From Squalus acanthias (lineage: Eukaryota), in NCBI GenBank assembly GCA_030390025.1, contig CM059427.1:99138001-99202000 (forward strand): 64,000 bases of DNA, in the 5' to 3' direction. Shown one piece after another: positions 1 to 12,470 of this stretch. Within the stretch, counting starts at the first letter, position 1, and each line of letters begins with the position of its first letter. The notes below the pieces were generated by a model. That model had not been told where the DNA came from. It made no database searches and saw nothing but the letters and a program-made list of their open reading frames with translations. The position numbers and the translations under genes are program-made.

Positions 1-420
1 TTATCTTTCATGCAATAAAATCTCCCAAGCTGCTTGACAGGGAATTGGACAGGAAGAGGGAGAGAACTTGGGGGAGGTGGCTGAGAGCGAGGTCAAAGGG
101 ATGGGTTTGAGGAGGCTTTTTTGAAAGTTGGTAGATAGGTGGGAGGGTTTAGGAAGAGAATTCTAGAGTAGAGGGGCACCGTGGTTGAAAGCTGTGTCAC
201 CTATCTTAGAGCTGAGTGGAGAGGAAGGGGGAAGAACAGAAAACGTGGGTCAAAAGAATTGTGGGTGCATACTGGGATGTAGGGTGGAGGGAGAGCATGT
301 GGGATTTGAAAGTAAGGATAAGGATTTTAAGTCGATGCACTGGGAGTCAGTGGTGGTCAGTGAGGAGAAAGGTGATAGAAGCGCAGGACTTAGTACGGGA
401 TTGATTACAAGCAGTAGGGT
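1..420 (-). mobile_element. Decayed L2-type LINE 3' fragment
   Basis: GGGAGGGTTTAGGAAGAGAATTCTAGAG...GTTGAAAGCT...GGATTTGAAAGTAAGGATAAGGATTTTAA resembles the better-preserved L2 copies at 12085-12470 and 32020-32432. Confidence 0.55.
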
Positions 421-1119
421 ATAAGTTGAAGTTCATGTAAGATAAAGAAAGGCTGGCAAGCAGAGCAATTGAGTATGTGACGAAGAGTCGAGTGTTTGAG
501 TAGTGGTGTCCCTTCTGACTGGGAGATTTGACATGACTGGTCTCCATGAGGCCACTTTTAAATGATAACAAACAGCAGCATCTGTTAGGAAGAGATATGT
601 CAATCATTTTTAAGAAGCGTTTCTAGGCCAGTAATTCACATTGAAATAACTTCTCCCCCCACCTTCCTCCGAATCAAGCGATATCCCCCTTTCACAATCA
701 AATTTTGAAGCGTTGAGGCTTTATTGCACCCCAGTTCAGTCATTAAACTGTTCAGTGAGGAGTGCAGTGAATTTTATAGAGAGTGGTGCTATAGGCTTAG
801 GTTGTTTTAAAGGAACTCTTACAAAACCCTTTTATTTTCTATCTGTCGGGGATATACCCAGAACATGCAGTTGATTCCTTTGTTCCATTTTAGCGACTAT
901 TTAATTGATTTAGCACTATCGCCAGTTGTTGCTTCAAACACTTGACAAAATGTCAACTTTTAATTCTCTTCCTAAACCCTTCTACTGAGTTACCTCTCTT
1001 CCAACTTTCAAACGTCTCCTCAAAACCATCCATTCAACCTTGCCTTTGGTCAACTCCCCTAATTTCTCCGCCACTTCTTGCCTGATCCCTTGTAAAGATG
1101 AAGAGCCATAGTGCACATC

Positions 1120-1760
1120 ATCACCAAGGTTAAAAGGAATGAAAGAGAAGACAAGATAATTCACAAAAGTAGTGAATAGATGATGCCAAGCTTGAAAATT
1201 ATAGGATGGAGGATGTTGAGTTCCACAATTTTGAGATTGTGGGAAAGAACAATTTGGTGTATAAGATTGCCCAGTGAGTCTTGATTTCAACATGTGGGGA
1301 TGCAGGGAGGAGGAAGAGTGCAAGGTGGCAGATGTGGAACTAGAAGAAATGTGAGATGGAGCATCGACCATAATAGTGCCAATAAAATAGAGAGAGACTA
1401 AAGGTGAGAGAGGAATCGCCTATCAGATTGATAAACTAGGAGTACAAGGGAAGTGCTAGAAGAGCGAGCAATATTGAGAATTTGGACAGACATGGGCTTC
1501 AGAGACAGTTAAAGTTGTTGAGTAAAAAATATGTGTTTGGCTGAAAGAGGAAAAGCAGCTTTAGCAATGGAGGGGATATGGGAGTTCCACTTGAGGTCAT
1601 AGGAGATAACGAGACCATGGATGTTGATAAATGAAGGAGGACCGAAGATGAAGATATCAAAGGTGATAATTAGACTAAGGAGGTGCATGAAAATACAATG
1701 GGGTTGAATTTCAATGGGGGTTTCACCCGAACATCCACTGTAACTGGCGGGAGATCTGTG
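1120..1760 (-). mobile_element. Ancient non-LTR retrotransposon RT C-terminal remnant (CR1/Jockey-like)
   Basis: Minus-strand translations give INIHGLVISYDLKWNSHIPSIAKAA, HIFFTQQL*..AHVCPNSQYCS and LFYWHYYGRCS, which are degenerate LINE RT thumb and C-terminal motifs. Stops and frameshifts are present. Confidence 0.6.
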
Positions 1761-4019
1761 GAAACACCAGAGAAACAGCTTAAATGGCATTGACACGTTT
1801 TCTCCAAGTTTCCGCGGAACATCTGCCCAAGTTATATTGGACGATCGGGAGATCCCCTCGCAGAAATTCAACCCCCCATGTCTTTGTCTTTGAGAATTGA
1901 AAGAAATAAATGTTTATTGAGGGAAAAAAACTAGAGCGGCTTGTGAATATAAAATGTTTCTGAAACAAGTAAATTGACTCCAAATTATTTTACATAAAGG
2001 TCATTCAGACTTCCCAGAAATCAATGGTGGATACATGTCTGGTTGTTAATATGCATTGAATTTGAACAAATGGGCTATATAAGTGAGGTTCACAGTAACC
2101 ACTTTTCCTTTGCCAAGCTGATTAAAGCACTATTCTCTTTTTTTCAGTTATGTTCTGTATTGTTCTATGATGAGGACTCGAAGCTTAGGTCAATTTTATT
2201 AACTGTTTTGCCTAAAGTCAAGTAAAGAGAATTGTGGCCAAACTAAATTATGATCCAAAGCTTTAAAAGCCATTGGTTCATTATTTTTTTCACCAGTGTA
2301 GGCAAAACCCTGAGTGATAATTTGGGTTTTGTATTTTTCCTGCAGCACGTTATCGCTGTTGAGAAACCCTTTTCATAATGCATGCCATAGATAGATTATG
2401 AATGGCAATCAGCAGATGTAGGAATCAATCAGCTTTCCTCTTTGGGAAGTACATAATCTCTTTCTAGGTTCGAAAGCATTTTCAAAGGTTTTAATCACTT
2501 CAGATACCCCTAGTGGCCTAGTGAGCCCACTCTTTGTTCTTATGCAGTTTTTTGTGAAATCCGTTAATCAGTCAATTTCATTCTTTATCCAGAGTAAATT
2601 AATTGTTACTGTTAAAAAAGTAGCTGTCTTTACCTTGATAATAGTGAGTGCGTGCTATTGGTGAGAAATCTGACTCTCAATTGCCTTGTGATTACATTTT
2701 GCCATTGTAAAAGTAGGAAGTAAAGAAGCCAATATAGTGTGAGATCCCTCTATCAGCTCCCCAGGCCATGCATCTCCAGTGCCCAAGAGACTAAATGGGT
2801 TGGCAGGCAGGTGGTGACCTGCTTTCAGCCCTCTGTCAATACTGCTTTGGGTCAGCTTCAAGGAGGTATATTGGAGCAGCTCAGGGAGATGACTCCCTCT
2901 CTCCCCCCCCCCCCCCCCCCCCCCAAACAATGAAGCGTAGATGGAAACTCAGCAGAGTGCAAGGATCTAACCTGCATCCTATCATTCCATGACGCACTGT
3001 GTTGGTTACCCCCACATAAGGAGCTGCTTTGTTTTTCTGCTTGGTGTCATCAGTTGTGATAATATTCAGACTTTTCAGTGTAAATGTGCAGTTGTGGAAA
3101 TGCTTAACCCTGGGCTAGCTGTGCAGGGTGCAGAGCAGAGTGGTGGCATAACCATGCAGTACCTGGAAGCTCTTAAAATTGTTCTTTTACTGTGAAACTT
3201 ACAGCACCTAATGGATACCTTTTTAAATGTTAGATTTTGCTTCCTTGATGGTACAGTGAATAAATACACCATGTTCTGTTGGACTACACCACTCAGTCCC
3301 CATAAAGCAATGACATGCTTTGCATTGCAATATTAGATGCCCTCTTGCTAATTCTTCTGGTAAAATTGCAGCAAATACTCCCAAATTAAACATGGTCTTC
3401 TCATGTCTGTTTGGAATGTTCTAAATAAATCATCTTTGCAGAGAAATGTAAGGTTTCACCGGGGCAAAATCTGTGTACCTGTGACACACTCTGAATATTG
3501 GAGAATTGCTGTAGTCCAATGCAAGTGTCTCATTTTCTTATTAATCCTTTACAATGGTGCAGGTAGATGTGGATTTACCTTTTGCAGTATTTGTATATTC
3601 TGCATCTAGAGAAAATTGTAAATCTGCATATTCATCTGGTAGCAATTTTGGAATATAGCATTGCAGAAATCCAGTTTTGGCATAAAGTTATCCGAAAGCT
3701 TCAGGAACTCCCTGTTTTATTTGAAAGATGGTATCTTCCAGAAACTGGCCTGAGACTCCTCACACAGCTCATTTAAAGTTTGCTGGAAAATGAGAAGTGG
3801 ATTTCAGTTTTTGTTGTACAAAGAAATGTAAAATGTATTTAAACATGTAATCATTGCTCACAGAGCGAGTGTTTTGTCAGAGGCATTTTGCACTGGAAGC
3901 TTTTCTGGAAAAAGTGACTAAACAAAGTGAAAAACTGAAAATTTTGTGTTAATTTGAAGATTATTTTACTGAAGAATACAGTTTTTTCTCTACAACATTT
4001 TTAATACTTTGGAGAACTG

Positions 4020-4300
4020 GATGATATGGAAGGTTAGACAGTGACTTTTCACTTTTTTTCCAGACTAATTGAGTGAAGTCTGTTCTTTCTGCTGGCTGTA
4101 AAAGTCCCATGTGAAATAAGTTTGGGCAGTTTCAATTTCAGTTCCTAGTGAGTGTGGGCCTACAGCACAAAACTGCCCCAAATTCTGCACTAATTGGCAG
4201 TGGCACTCAGGCCTAGAGATGGTTGGTGGGAAATGGAAAACCATACACTAGTACAGTAGGACGTGTTTCTGAGGCTGTGCTGAGGTACTTTAAATGTGGA
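4020..4300 (+). mobile_element. LF-SINE-like SINE copy
   Basis: CATGTGAAATAAGTTTGGGCAGTTTCAATTTCAGTTCCTAGTG...CACAAAACTGCCCCAAATTCTGCACTAATTGGCA matches my recollection of the LF-SINE core. Related copies occur at 19955, 32490 and 42040. Confidence 0.55.
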
Positions 4301-4301
4301 C

Positions 4302-4361
4302 ATAGGAGATTGCAATGCAAATATAAAATTAATAGGAGATTGCAATGCAAATATAAAATTA
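4302..4361. repeat. Perfect 30-bp tandem duplication
   Basis: ATAGGAGATTGCAATGCAAATATAAAATTA x2. Confidence 0.95.
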
Positions 4362-5509
4362 AGGACAGAATGTATGACTTAAAATTGGGACGCAAATCTA
4401 TCCAGCCTAGCCCACTTATCTCCCGGCCTCTAACCCCCGCTTCATCTGAAGACTACACTTGATCTTCAGTTAATGTGTGCAATGCCACAGGAGATTAACC
4501 AAGATCTTCCGTAGTGTTGCACATGGGGTGTCAAGACCAAATGTAGTCTTCAGATGAAGTGGGCTCAGGCCGGGAGGTACTTGAACCAAAGTGTGAAGCC
4601 ATAATTCAGTCCTCTTTTTAAAGTTAGACATTTTGACCTTTTTTATATTTCCTTTGGCACGGGTGTGCAAATTGCAGCATGAAAAGTTTACATAGACAAT
4701 GTGGATATAAGAACTGATAATGCAAACAATTGACAGGAAATGCACTTTGTCCAAATGACTAAAACTTGAAGTTTAGAACCAATATTAATGGATCACTACA
4801 ACCATCAAAAAACAAAATGCTTGACAGTTTTTTTTATGGAGGAACATTCTGTTGCTTGCTCTCTTTGCTCTGCTGGAGAGGAGAGCTAGTGCTTAATGTA
4901 TGTACAACTGTGGAGAGTGTTAAATGGGGAAAAATACTAATGCTATCTATCACTTCGCAACGGCTGATGTTACAGGATCTGCACCTCAGCTGGCTCCTGA
5001 CAAGTGTTAATCTGCAAATGGCACTTTTATGGGAATCTGAGTTGGAAGAATCCAATCATTGGACTTGAGACTTCTATCTCACTGCACTTTGGGAACTGGC
5101 CCATGGTATGTTTTATAGCTGCTGCAGTTTCATTGTGAGCTATGCAAAGCTGAGACTCTGGAAAGTAAAGCAGCAGTCTTTTTTGTACAGTTTGTCCAGC
5201 ATCCAGTTGCAGTGTAGCTGCCTGCATCTTAATTATTGGATTGCATGCCCCATACTGCTTCACACAGTGATGGGGATGGCATCGGTTAATACTGGGTGGG
5301 TTATGTTTGTGCAGTACAATCTTTTATATTTTTCACAAACTAGTGTAATTGGCATCCATTGAAGAAAGCTGCTTCTGGTGGAAACAGGTGGAAATTGCAG
5401 CTGTCTCAGATTCTGGCATCAGAAACCAACATAAACAAGTGAAATCCTACAAGGCTTTGACAATGCAAATCTAGGAAAGCTAGTGGACTAGGCATCTGAT
5501 AATGCCAAA

Positions 5510-5915
5510 AAAAAAATCCCCACCAGATTTCTGTTCTCTCCTGAAATCAGCGACTCCGTGATGGGGTATGGCTACATTGGTGCTTGGCACCCCTCAGTAC
5601 CTCACCCAAGTGGGCATTATTCATTTAGGAGCCGCATCTGTGAGTGATGATCTATTCAACCACAGCGGGCATGGTAACTGATTCCGATCTTGCCGTTGTC
5701 CAACATACACACACCTAGCAGGCGTCATTGGATAGAAGTTAGCAGCAGCACCTCTGCTGACTTTTTGTCCCTCCCTGGCCCTGGGGTATAGAGACCAGTT
5801 GCAATGCATCCTACTGCCTGTCTGCCTGAGATCAGCTAACTCAGCACAGATCTGGATTCTACTTGGGACCTTAACAGTTTGTATGACTCAGTAGATGATA
5901 CATTTACTCAAGTAG
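5510..5915 (-). mobile_element. tRNA-derived SINE, LmeSINE1-like family
   Basis: Reverse complement contains ACTGAGTCATAC...AAGGTCCCAAG...TCTGTGCTGAGTTAGCTGATCTCAG...CACTTGGGTGAGGTACTG, shared with at least six other copies in the window. Confidence 0.7.
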
Positions 5916-6134
5916 GTCATTTGCACCAATGTAATAGAATCTTTATTCAGATAGCCTGCAAAATTCCCTGCCTAAGCTTAGAAATGAAGAATCGCCATTT
6001 AGGTGAGTTACAGGAGGATTGCTGGTGCTTGTGGGATGAGTTCCTGGCTTGAGGATGGAAGAAAAGAGATGGTAGGGGAAGGCCAGTAATAAATCTTCAG
6101 TGTTTTCTATCTAGCATTCTGGTTCTGACCATTT

Positions 6135-6590
6135 GTTAGCTGTGGCTCAGTTGGTAGCACACCCACCTCTGAGTCAGCAGGCTGTGGATTCAAGTCCCAC
6201 TCCAGAGACTTGCGCACAAAGTCTAGGCAGACACTCCAGCGCAGTACTGAGGGAGTGTTGCACTGTTGGAGGTGCCGTCTTTCGGATGAGACATTAAACC
6301 CGTCTGTTGTCTCGGGTGGATGTTTAAGATCCCATGCCACCCTTTCGAAGAAGTGCAGGGGAGTTCTCCCCGGTGTCCTAGCCAATATGTATCCCTCCAT
6401 CAAAATCACAAAAACAGATTATCTGGTCGTTATCACATTGCAGTTTATGGGATCTTGCTGTGCACAAGTTGGCTGCTGCGTTTTCCTACATTACAACAGT
6501 GACTGCACTTCAAAAGAACTTTTGACTGTAAAATACTTTGGGATATCCTGAGGTCATGAAAGCCGCTGTATAAATTCAAGTCTCTCTTTT
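6135..6590 (+). mobile_element. Full-length Deu-domain SINE (SacSINE1-like)
   Basis: tRNA-like head (TGGCTCAGTTGG A-box, GATTCAAGTCC B-box), Deu core GCAGTACTGAGGGAGTG...CTTTCGGATGAGAC...AAGATCCCATG...GGTGTCCTAGCCAATAT and an L2-like tail. Confidence 0.85.
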
Positions 6591-7156
6591 CTGACTGATA
6601 GCTAGATTTGTGAATTTCAGCTGGCACCACCATACAGTTAATTGGAAAAATTATCCTCTGTGTGTTTAACATCATGTGTTTTAGATTCCCAGTAACGCCT
6701 GAGTATTAAGAAGAATTCATTCTTAGGATTCAAATTATTATGTTGTGTTTATTCCATTGTGAAGTTTCTTTTGAAACTTCCCTCTTTAGGTTTCCTTGCA
6801 TCATGTACCTTTCTTGACAAGTCAGTTGGGCAACCTATTCCCAAACATGGGCTAATGGCTTGGAGGAATTGTGCAAGACAACCTTAGATGATTCGCGCAC
6901 CAAATTTTATAAAGTTGTAAAGTGTCTTGACTTTGCTGTCATTCATACAGTGAAGGGACTGAGATCAAGATCTTGCGATTTTGGAAATGATGGATGTTAA
7001 CCTGTTTCCTGTCTCTCTGCACTATAGGTAAACCTCTTTGTTTGGGGGGGGGGGGGGGGGGAACAAGAAAATTTGAGCTCATTTTAATTTAAAAAAATGC
7101 TATGGTGGCAATAATTGATGGTTGTACTAAAGGCTATCCTGAAGAATATCTCAGTA

Positions 7157-7820
7157 GCAAGCCATTAGGAAGGCAACTGGTATGCTGGCCTTCATTACAA
7201 GAGGATTTGAGTACAGGAGTAAAGAAGTCTTACTCCAATTATATAGGGCCTTGGTGAGACCACACCTGGAGTACTGTGTACAATTTTGGTCTCCTTACCT
7301 AAGGAAGGATATACTTGCCATAGAGGGAGTGCAACGAAGGTTCACGAGATTGATTCCTGGGATGGCGGGACTGTCGTATGAGAAGAGATTGAGTAAACTA
7401 GGCCTGTATTCTCTTGAATTCAGAAGAATGAGAGGGGATCTCATTGAAGCATACAAAATTATTACAGGGCTTGATAGGGTGGATGCTGGGAGAATGTTTC
7501 CCTTGGCTGGGGAGTCTAGAACCAGGGGCCACAGCCTCAGGATAATGGGTAGACCATTCAGGACTGAGATGAGAAGAAATTTCTTCATACAGAGGGTGGT
7601 GAATCTTTGGAATTCACTACCCCAGAGGGCTGTGGAGGTTCAGTCATTGGGTATATTCAAAACAGAAGTCGATAGATTTCTGACTAGTAAGGGCATCAAG
7701 GGATATGGCGATAGGGCCGGTGAATGGAGTTGAGGCAGAAGATCGGCCATGATCTCATTGAATAGCGGAGCAGGCTCAAAGGGCCGAATGGCCTACTCCT
7801 ACTCCTATTTCTTATGTTAT
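7157..7820 (+). mobile_element. 5'-truncated CR1 LINE (ORF2 C-terminus plus 3' UTR)
   Basis: ORF 7182-7733: [19 protein letters not shown]...RMRGDLIE...RTRGHS...RNFF.QRVVNLWNSLP. Tail GGGCCGAATGGCCTACTCCT...TTCTTATG. Confidence 0.93.
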
Positions 7821-7831
7821 ATAATTAATTC

Positions 7832-9150
7832 ATAGTTCCTTTGGTGGCCTAGTGGATAGGTGCATTGCATTGTGTGATATTGAATGAGTTCTTCAGGGCA
7901 GTGTCCTAGGCCCAACCATCTTCAGCTGCTTCATCAATGACCTTTCCTCCATCATAAGGTCAGAAGTGGGGATGTTCGCTGATGATTTCACAGTGTTCAG
8001 TTCCATTTGCAACTCCTCAGATAATGAAGCAGTCCATGTCCGAATGCAGCAAGACATTCAGGCTTGGGCTGATAAATGGCAAGTAACACTTGCACCACAC
8101 AAGTGCCAGGCAATGACTATCTCCAACAAGTGAAAGTCTAACCACCACCCCTTGACCTTCAATAGCATTACCATCGCCAAATCCCCCACCATCAACATCC
8201 TGGGGGTCACCATTGACCAGAAACTTAACTGGACCAGCCACATAAATACTGTGGCTACAAGAGCAGGTCAGAGGCTGGGTATTCTGCAGCAAGTGTCTCA
8301 CCTTCTGACTCCCCAAAGCCTTTCCACCATCTACAATGCACAAGTCAGGAGTGTGATGGAATCCACTTGCCTGGATGAGTGCAGCTTCAACAACACTCAA
8401 GAAGCTCAACACCATCCAGGACAAAGCAGCCTGCATGATCGGCACCTTATCCACCACCTTAAACATTCACTCCCTCCACCACCGGCGTACCGTGGCTGCA
8501 GTGTGTACCATTTACAAGATGCACTGCAGCAACTCACCAAGGCTTCTTCGACAGCACCTCCCAAACCCGCGACCTCTACCACCTAGAAGGACAAGGACAG
8601 CAGGCCCATGGGAACACCATTACCTGAAAGTTCCCCTCCAAGTTACAAACCATCCTGACTTGGAAGTATATCGCTGATCCTTCATCGTCGCTGGGTCAAA
8701 ATCCTGGAACTCCCTCTCTAACAGCACTGTGGGAGTACCTTCACCACACAGACTGCAGCAGTTCAAAAAGGTGGCTCACCACCACCTTCTCGAGGGCAAT
8801 TAGGGATGGGCAATAAATGCTGGCGTTACCAGCGACGCCCACATCCCATGAACAAATATTTTTTTAAAAACTGAGACCTACAGACCAGGAAAGTACCAAG
8901 TTTGATTCTTGGTCAATGATCTCAGCTGGGCCAGCAGTTGGAGTGTTCCAGGGTCTCTGAGGCCAATTGTGTTAGGGAGGGTTAAAAATAAGCTAGAATC
9001 CTTGCTCCTGATTGCTTTCCAATGACAATGCTAGAAAGGATGTGGATGTTGGGTCAGGACAAAACTGGGCTCACTCAAGTAGCATTCGGGCAAGGTGCCA
9101 GCTCACGGAAGTGTACTCAACAGTCGGGACCTTCAGGAAGCAAAAAGAAA
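7832..9150 (+). mobile_element. LmeSINE1-like SINE split by a LINE insertion (head 7832-7883, body about 8869-9150)
   Basis: Head GGTGGCCTAGTGGATAGGTGCATTG...GTGATATTGA resumes after the LINE as ACTGAGACCTACAGACCAGGAAAG...GATCTCAGCTG. Confidence 0.65.
7884..8860 (+). mobile_element. 5'-truncated LINE (CR1 group, second family) with RT motifs, disrupted
   Basis: QGSVLGPTIFSCFINDL...MFADD, ILGVTIDQKLNWTSHI and YNAQVRSVME motifs with stops and frameshifts. 3' end GGGCAATTAGGGATGGGCAATAAATGCTGGC. Confidence 0.9.
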
Positions 9151-11214
9151 ATTGATTAGTGAATTTTAAAAAATTGAACCTATGAAGGACTATAATTTGG
9201 GTGTAAGGTTCAAAATATTCATCTGTCTCCCATTATTGAAGGGTGGAGCTGATTACTTTGTCTTGCAAAATATGATGGGAAGAATGACAATGGGAAATAC
9301 AGAGATGCTTTTTGCTTTATAGAGCCATTGTATTTTGCAGATCAGCTCTTGAGTACCACAGCATCATGCTCCTTGTGGTAGATTGTGTGCAGGAATTGCT
9401 GATGCACATCATTTCCTGCCTGCAGTAGTCCTTGCCAACATGCTTTCCTGCAACCTGTCAGTTTCTGGTAATATCAGCAGGGTGCATCTCTGAAGAACAT
9501 ATGGTGAGGAAAGAAAGAAAGGAAGCATAAAAGTAATACAGTGAAAAGCCAGGAAAGAGCTTCAGTATAGCCAGATAATTTCAAATAGTCTATGGAACAT
9601 GATGGCTTACATGCTGCAGAAGGGACCATGGACATGTCAAACTTCCAAAGTAACTGGTCAGGTTAAGGGTAGATAAATATTTTGGAGTTTTATTCAACTA
9701 TCTTTGCGATGAAGAAGAAATCTAGTTTAATTTTTCTTCAGAAGATTTCAAGCATAGGACAAATTGTATGTGGTAGGAGGAAAGAATGGGTTTCATAGAG
9801 CACTTGACACCAATCCCATGAATGAATAATGAATGAAGTGATGGCTGTGTCTTTGGAGGAGTTATTGTGGGCTTTTTTGTTTTTGTGACTTATTTTGGCT
9901 CAACAGTAAGGTCTGTTTGCAGTGCATGTGTTAGAAATATATAAAAGTATAGAAATTAATAAAAGCTATGGGGAATTTTTTTTTAAAGTTCCTTTTACAA
10001 GTCTGCCACCCTTTCAACTCAGCCAGCTGATTTCAATTATTTTGTCAACATCATTGCAATAGTCAAGTCTTTAGGTAGCAGTGAAACAAATTTCTTCAAA
10101 CAAGGTAACAGTATTTGGCCTGAAACCAAGTGCCTTGGTTTGTTTGGCTGTTTACTTTCTTAGATTGTGAGTTCCTTTCCTCTCCCTTAAGAAAATTTGG
10201 CTCATTCACAAACCTTGTTTTTAGTAAGCAACTCTTACAGCCTCTTTGTGAGAGTTTCATTAATATTCATTAAACGTAGCATCAGTCAAAAGGTGTCTTC
10301 TGATTATATTTTTTGTATCTTGCTGAACAACGAAGTACAAGAACAGTCCACTTGTACACAAGTCCACTCGTACACATAGTCACACTAACTATCCTTCTAT
10401 AACTGCATCTTTAATATCGCTGTGAAACAGCATGCAAGTTGCAATGTAACCCTGGAGTCATGGCTCCATCTGACTTGAGGGAGGAGCAGTGCGAGACCTT
10501 CTGGAGGAAGCTGTCTCAAACAACTTACATTTAACATCGCATCAACTCCAGTTTAGTTGGTGCCAAACCTGCTTTAAAAAATGCCCGGGAGTCTCTCTTG
10601 GACCCTTGTATATCTGCCTGAAGTTGATTTAAATGTTGAGTGTGTGGGTGCAAGGGTAAAGCTTCGTCTTGGCCAGTAGAATTGTAGTTTGGGCTGGGCA
10701 TTATAAATGAGGTACTACCTGGCTGGAACTGATACTATTACTACTGGTCTCGGTATAAATGAACCAACAACCAATATAAGGTTGGTTAATGTTTGGGGGC
10801 CCTCTATCACACCATAAATACTGGGCAGAATGTATTCTATAAACCTAATTAGATGGACCCTGTTAAATAGAGTTGTCATGGTTCAGTAATAAAGCACGTT
10901 AAAAACCTGTATGGAGGTTTTCCGTTACAGATATGTCTCAGCTATTCTGTTCAAACTCTGCTCAAGATTTGTTTTATCTTTCAACTGAGGAAACCTGAGA
11001 TTTTCAATTTCTGATCATCTAAATATCTGAAATACCCATCTCAGCATTAAGTCGCATACTTCTGTATTCTGTCTGATCTCTTCTGGATTTGCCACCGTGT
11101 AATTTCAATTGTGTTTCTGTCTCGTTCTCTGCTCCTGATTGGGTTTGTCTCGCTTGTTATCTTGGTCTGCCTGTATTGCTTTTTTTTTACTCCCATCATC
11201 ACATCACCATGACA

Positions 11215-11555
11215 GGCGCGGGTGGCTCTGTGGTAGCACTTTCGCCTCTGAGTCAGAAGGTCCCAGTCCAGAACGAAAGGTCATCGACCTGAAACGTTAA
11301 CTCTGTTTCTCTCTCCACAGATTCTGTCTGACTTGCTGAGTATTTCCAGCATTTTCTGTGTTTATTTCACTAGAACAGATTATTTGGTCATTATCACATT
11401 GCTGTTTGTGGGACGTTGCTGTGTGCAATTTTACTGCCACATTTCAAACATTACAACAGTGACTACACTTCAAAAGCACTTAATTAGCTATAAAACGCTT
11501 TGGGACATCCTGAGGTCATGAAAGGCGCTATATAAATTAAAGTCCTTTCTTTCTA
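11215..11555 (+). mobile_element. SacSINE1-like SINE whose centre is replaced by a Penelope-like fragment
   Basis: Head GGTAGCACTTTCGCCTCTGAGTCAGAAGG and 3' half ACAGATTATTTGGTCATTATCAC...GGCGCTATATAAAT flank a foreign 100-bp segment. Confidence 0.75.
11271..11369 (+). mobile_element. Penelope-like element terminal fragment with a degenerate minimal hammerhead motif
   Basis: ACGA-A-AGGTC(ATC)GACCT-GAAAC-GTT followed by CTCTCTCCACAGA...TGCTGAGTATTTCCAGCATTTTCTG. Confidence 0.6.
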
Positions 11556-12084
11556 TCCTATCTGCAGTATATCTTTCTAACAGCCAGTTTATACTGTACA
11601 GAACGAAGTTAAAGCAGGCCTGCTTGTATTAGCTCCAGTGCTGTAGAATCTGCCTCATTTGGATTGCAGTAAGGGTTTCAGAGTGCTGATGATGATATAA
11701 AAAGTTGGCACTGCAGCTTTAATATTCTGGTTGTGGTCCACCTTCAATGATCCAGGCAAGAGAGCTTACATGCGGCCAGAAAGAATGCTGCTGTCTATAT
11801 GTGTCTCTGGGACAATACCTTTAGTGGTGTGAAGGAAAACCATTGTTTAAGCTGGCATTTCTTCCTGCTAGAGACACGAGCACCATCTTATTTGTAATGC
11901 AGCAATGTAATGTCAGAATTATGTTCTCTCACCTTTGCCTAATCTTACTGCTGAATCTAAGGTAACATCCTGCAGTATTTGAAAATTAATAATCTTGTAA
12001 GTCTCATTTTAATACAGAAGAAAACCTACTGAAATGGAAAATGAAAGCTGTACAATGCCAACAAAAATATTGTATAGAATGACG

Positions 12085-12470
12085 ACAAAACAACTTGCAT
12101 TTATATAGCCCCTTTAACGTAGAGCAACGTCCCAAAATGCTTCACAGAGGTGTAATCTGACAAAAAAGGATGCTGAGACAAAGGAGATTTTAGGAGAGTG
12201 ACCAAAAGCTTTGGTTTTAAGGAGGGCCTTAAAGGCGAGAGGGTGGGATGGCTGCCAATGGTGGGGCAAAAGGAAGAGGTGGATGCACGAGAGGCCAGAG
12301 TCAGAGGAACAGAGAGTTCTGGTGGAGTCTAGTGATAGGGCTGGAGGAGTTTACGGATAGACGGGCAAGGTCATGAAGTGATTTAAACACGAGAATGAGA
12401 ATTTTAAATTTGACGTGTTGGGGATCGGGAGCCAATGTTGGTCAGCAAGGACAGGGGTGAGTGGGACATG
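12085..12470 (-). mobile_element. L2 LINE 3' fragment
   Basis: AACAACTTGCATTTATATAGC...CGTCCCAA...GAGAATTTTAAATTTG...GGGAGCCAATG; same family as 32020-32432. Confidence 0.75.

Noticed and set aside
6135-6210. tRNA genes at SINE heads (also near 49765, 54870 and 59740)
   Set aside because: A and B boxes continue directly into SINE bodies and no complete cloverleaf is evident.
7182-7733. 183-aa ORF as a host gene
   Set aside because: It is the C-terminus of CR1 ORF2 in a truncated copy with its 3' tail attached.
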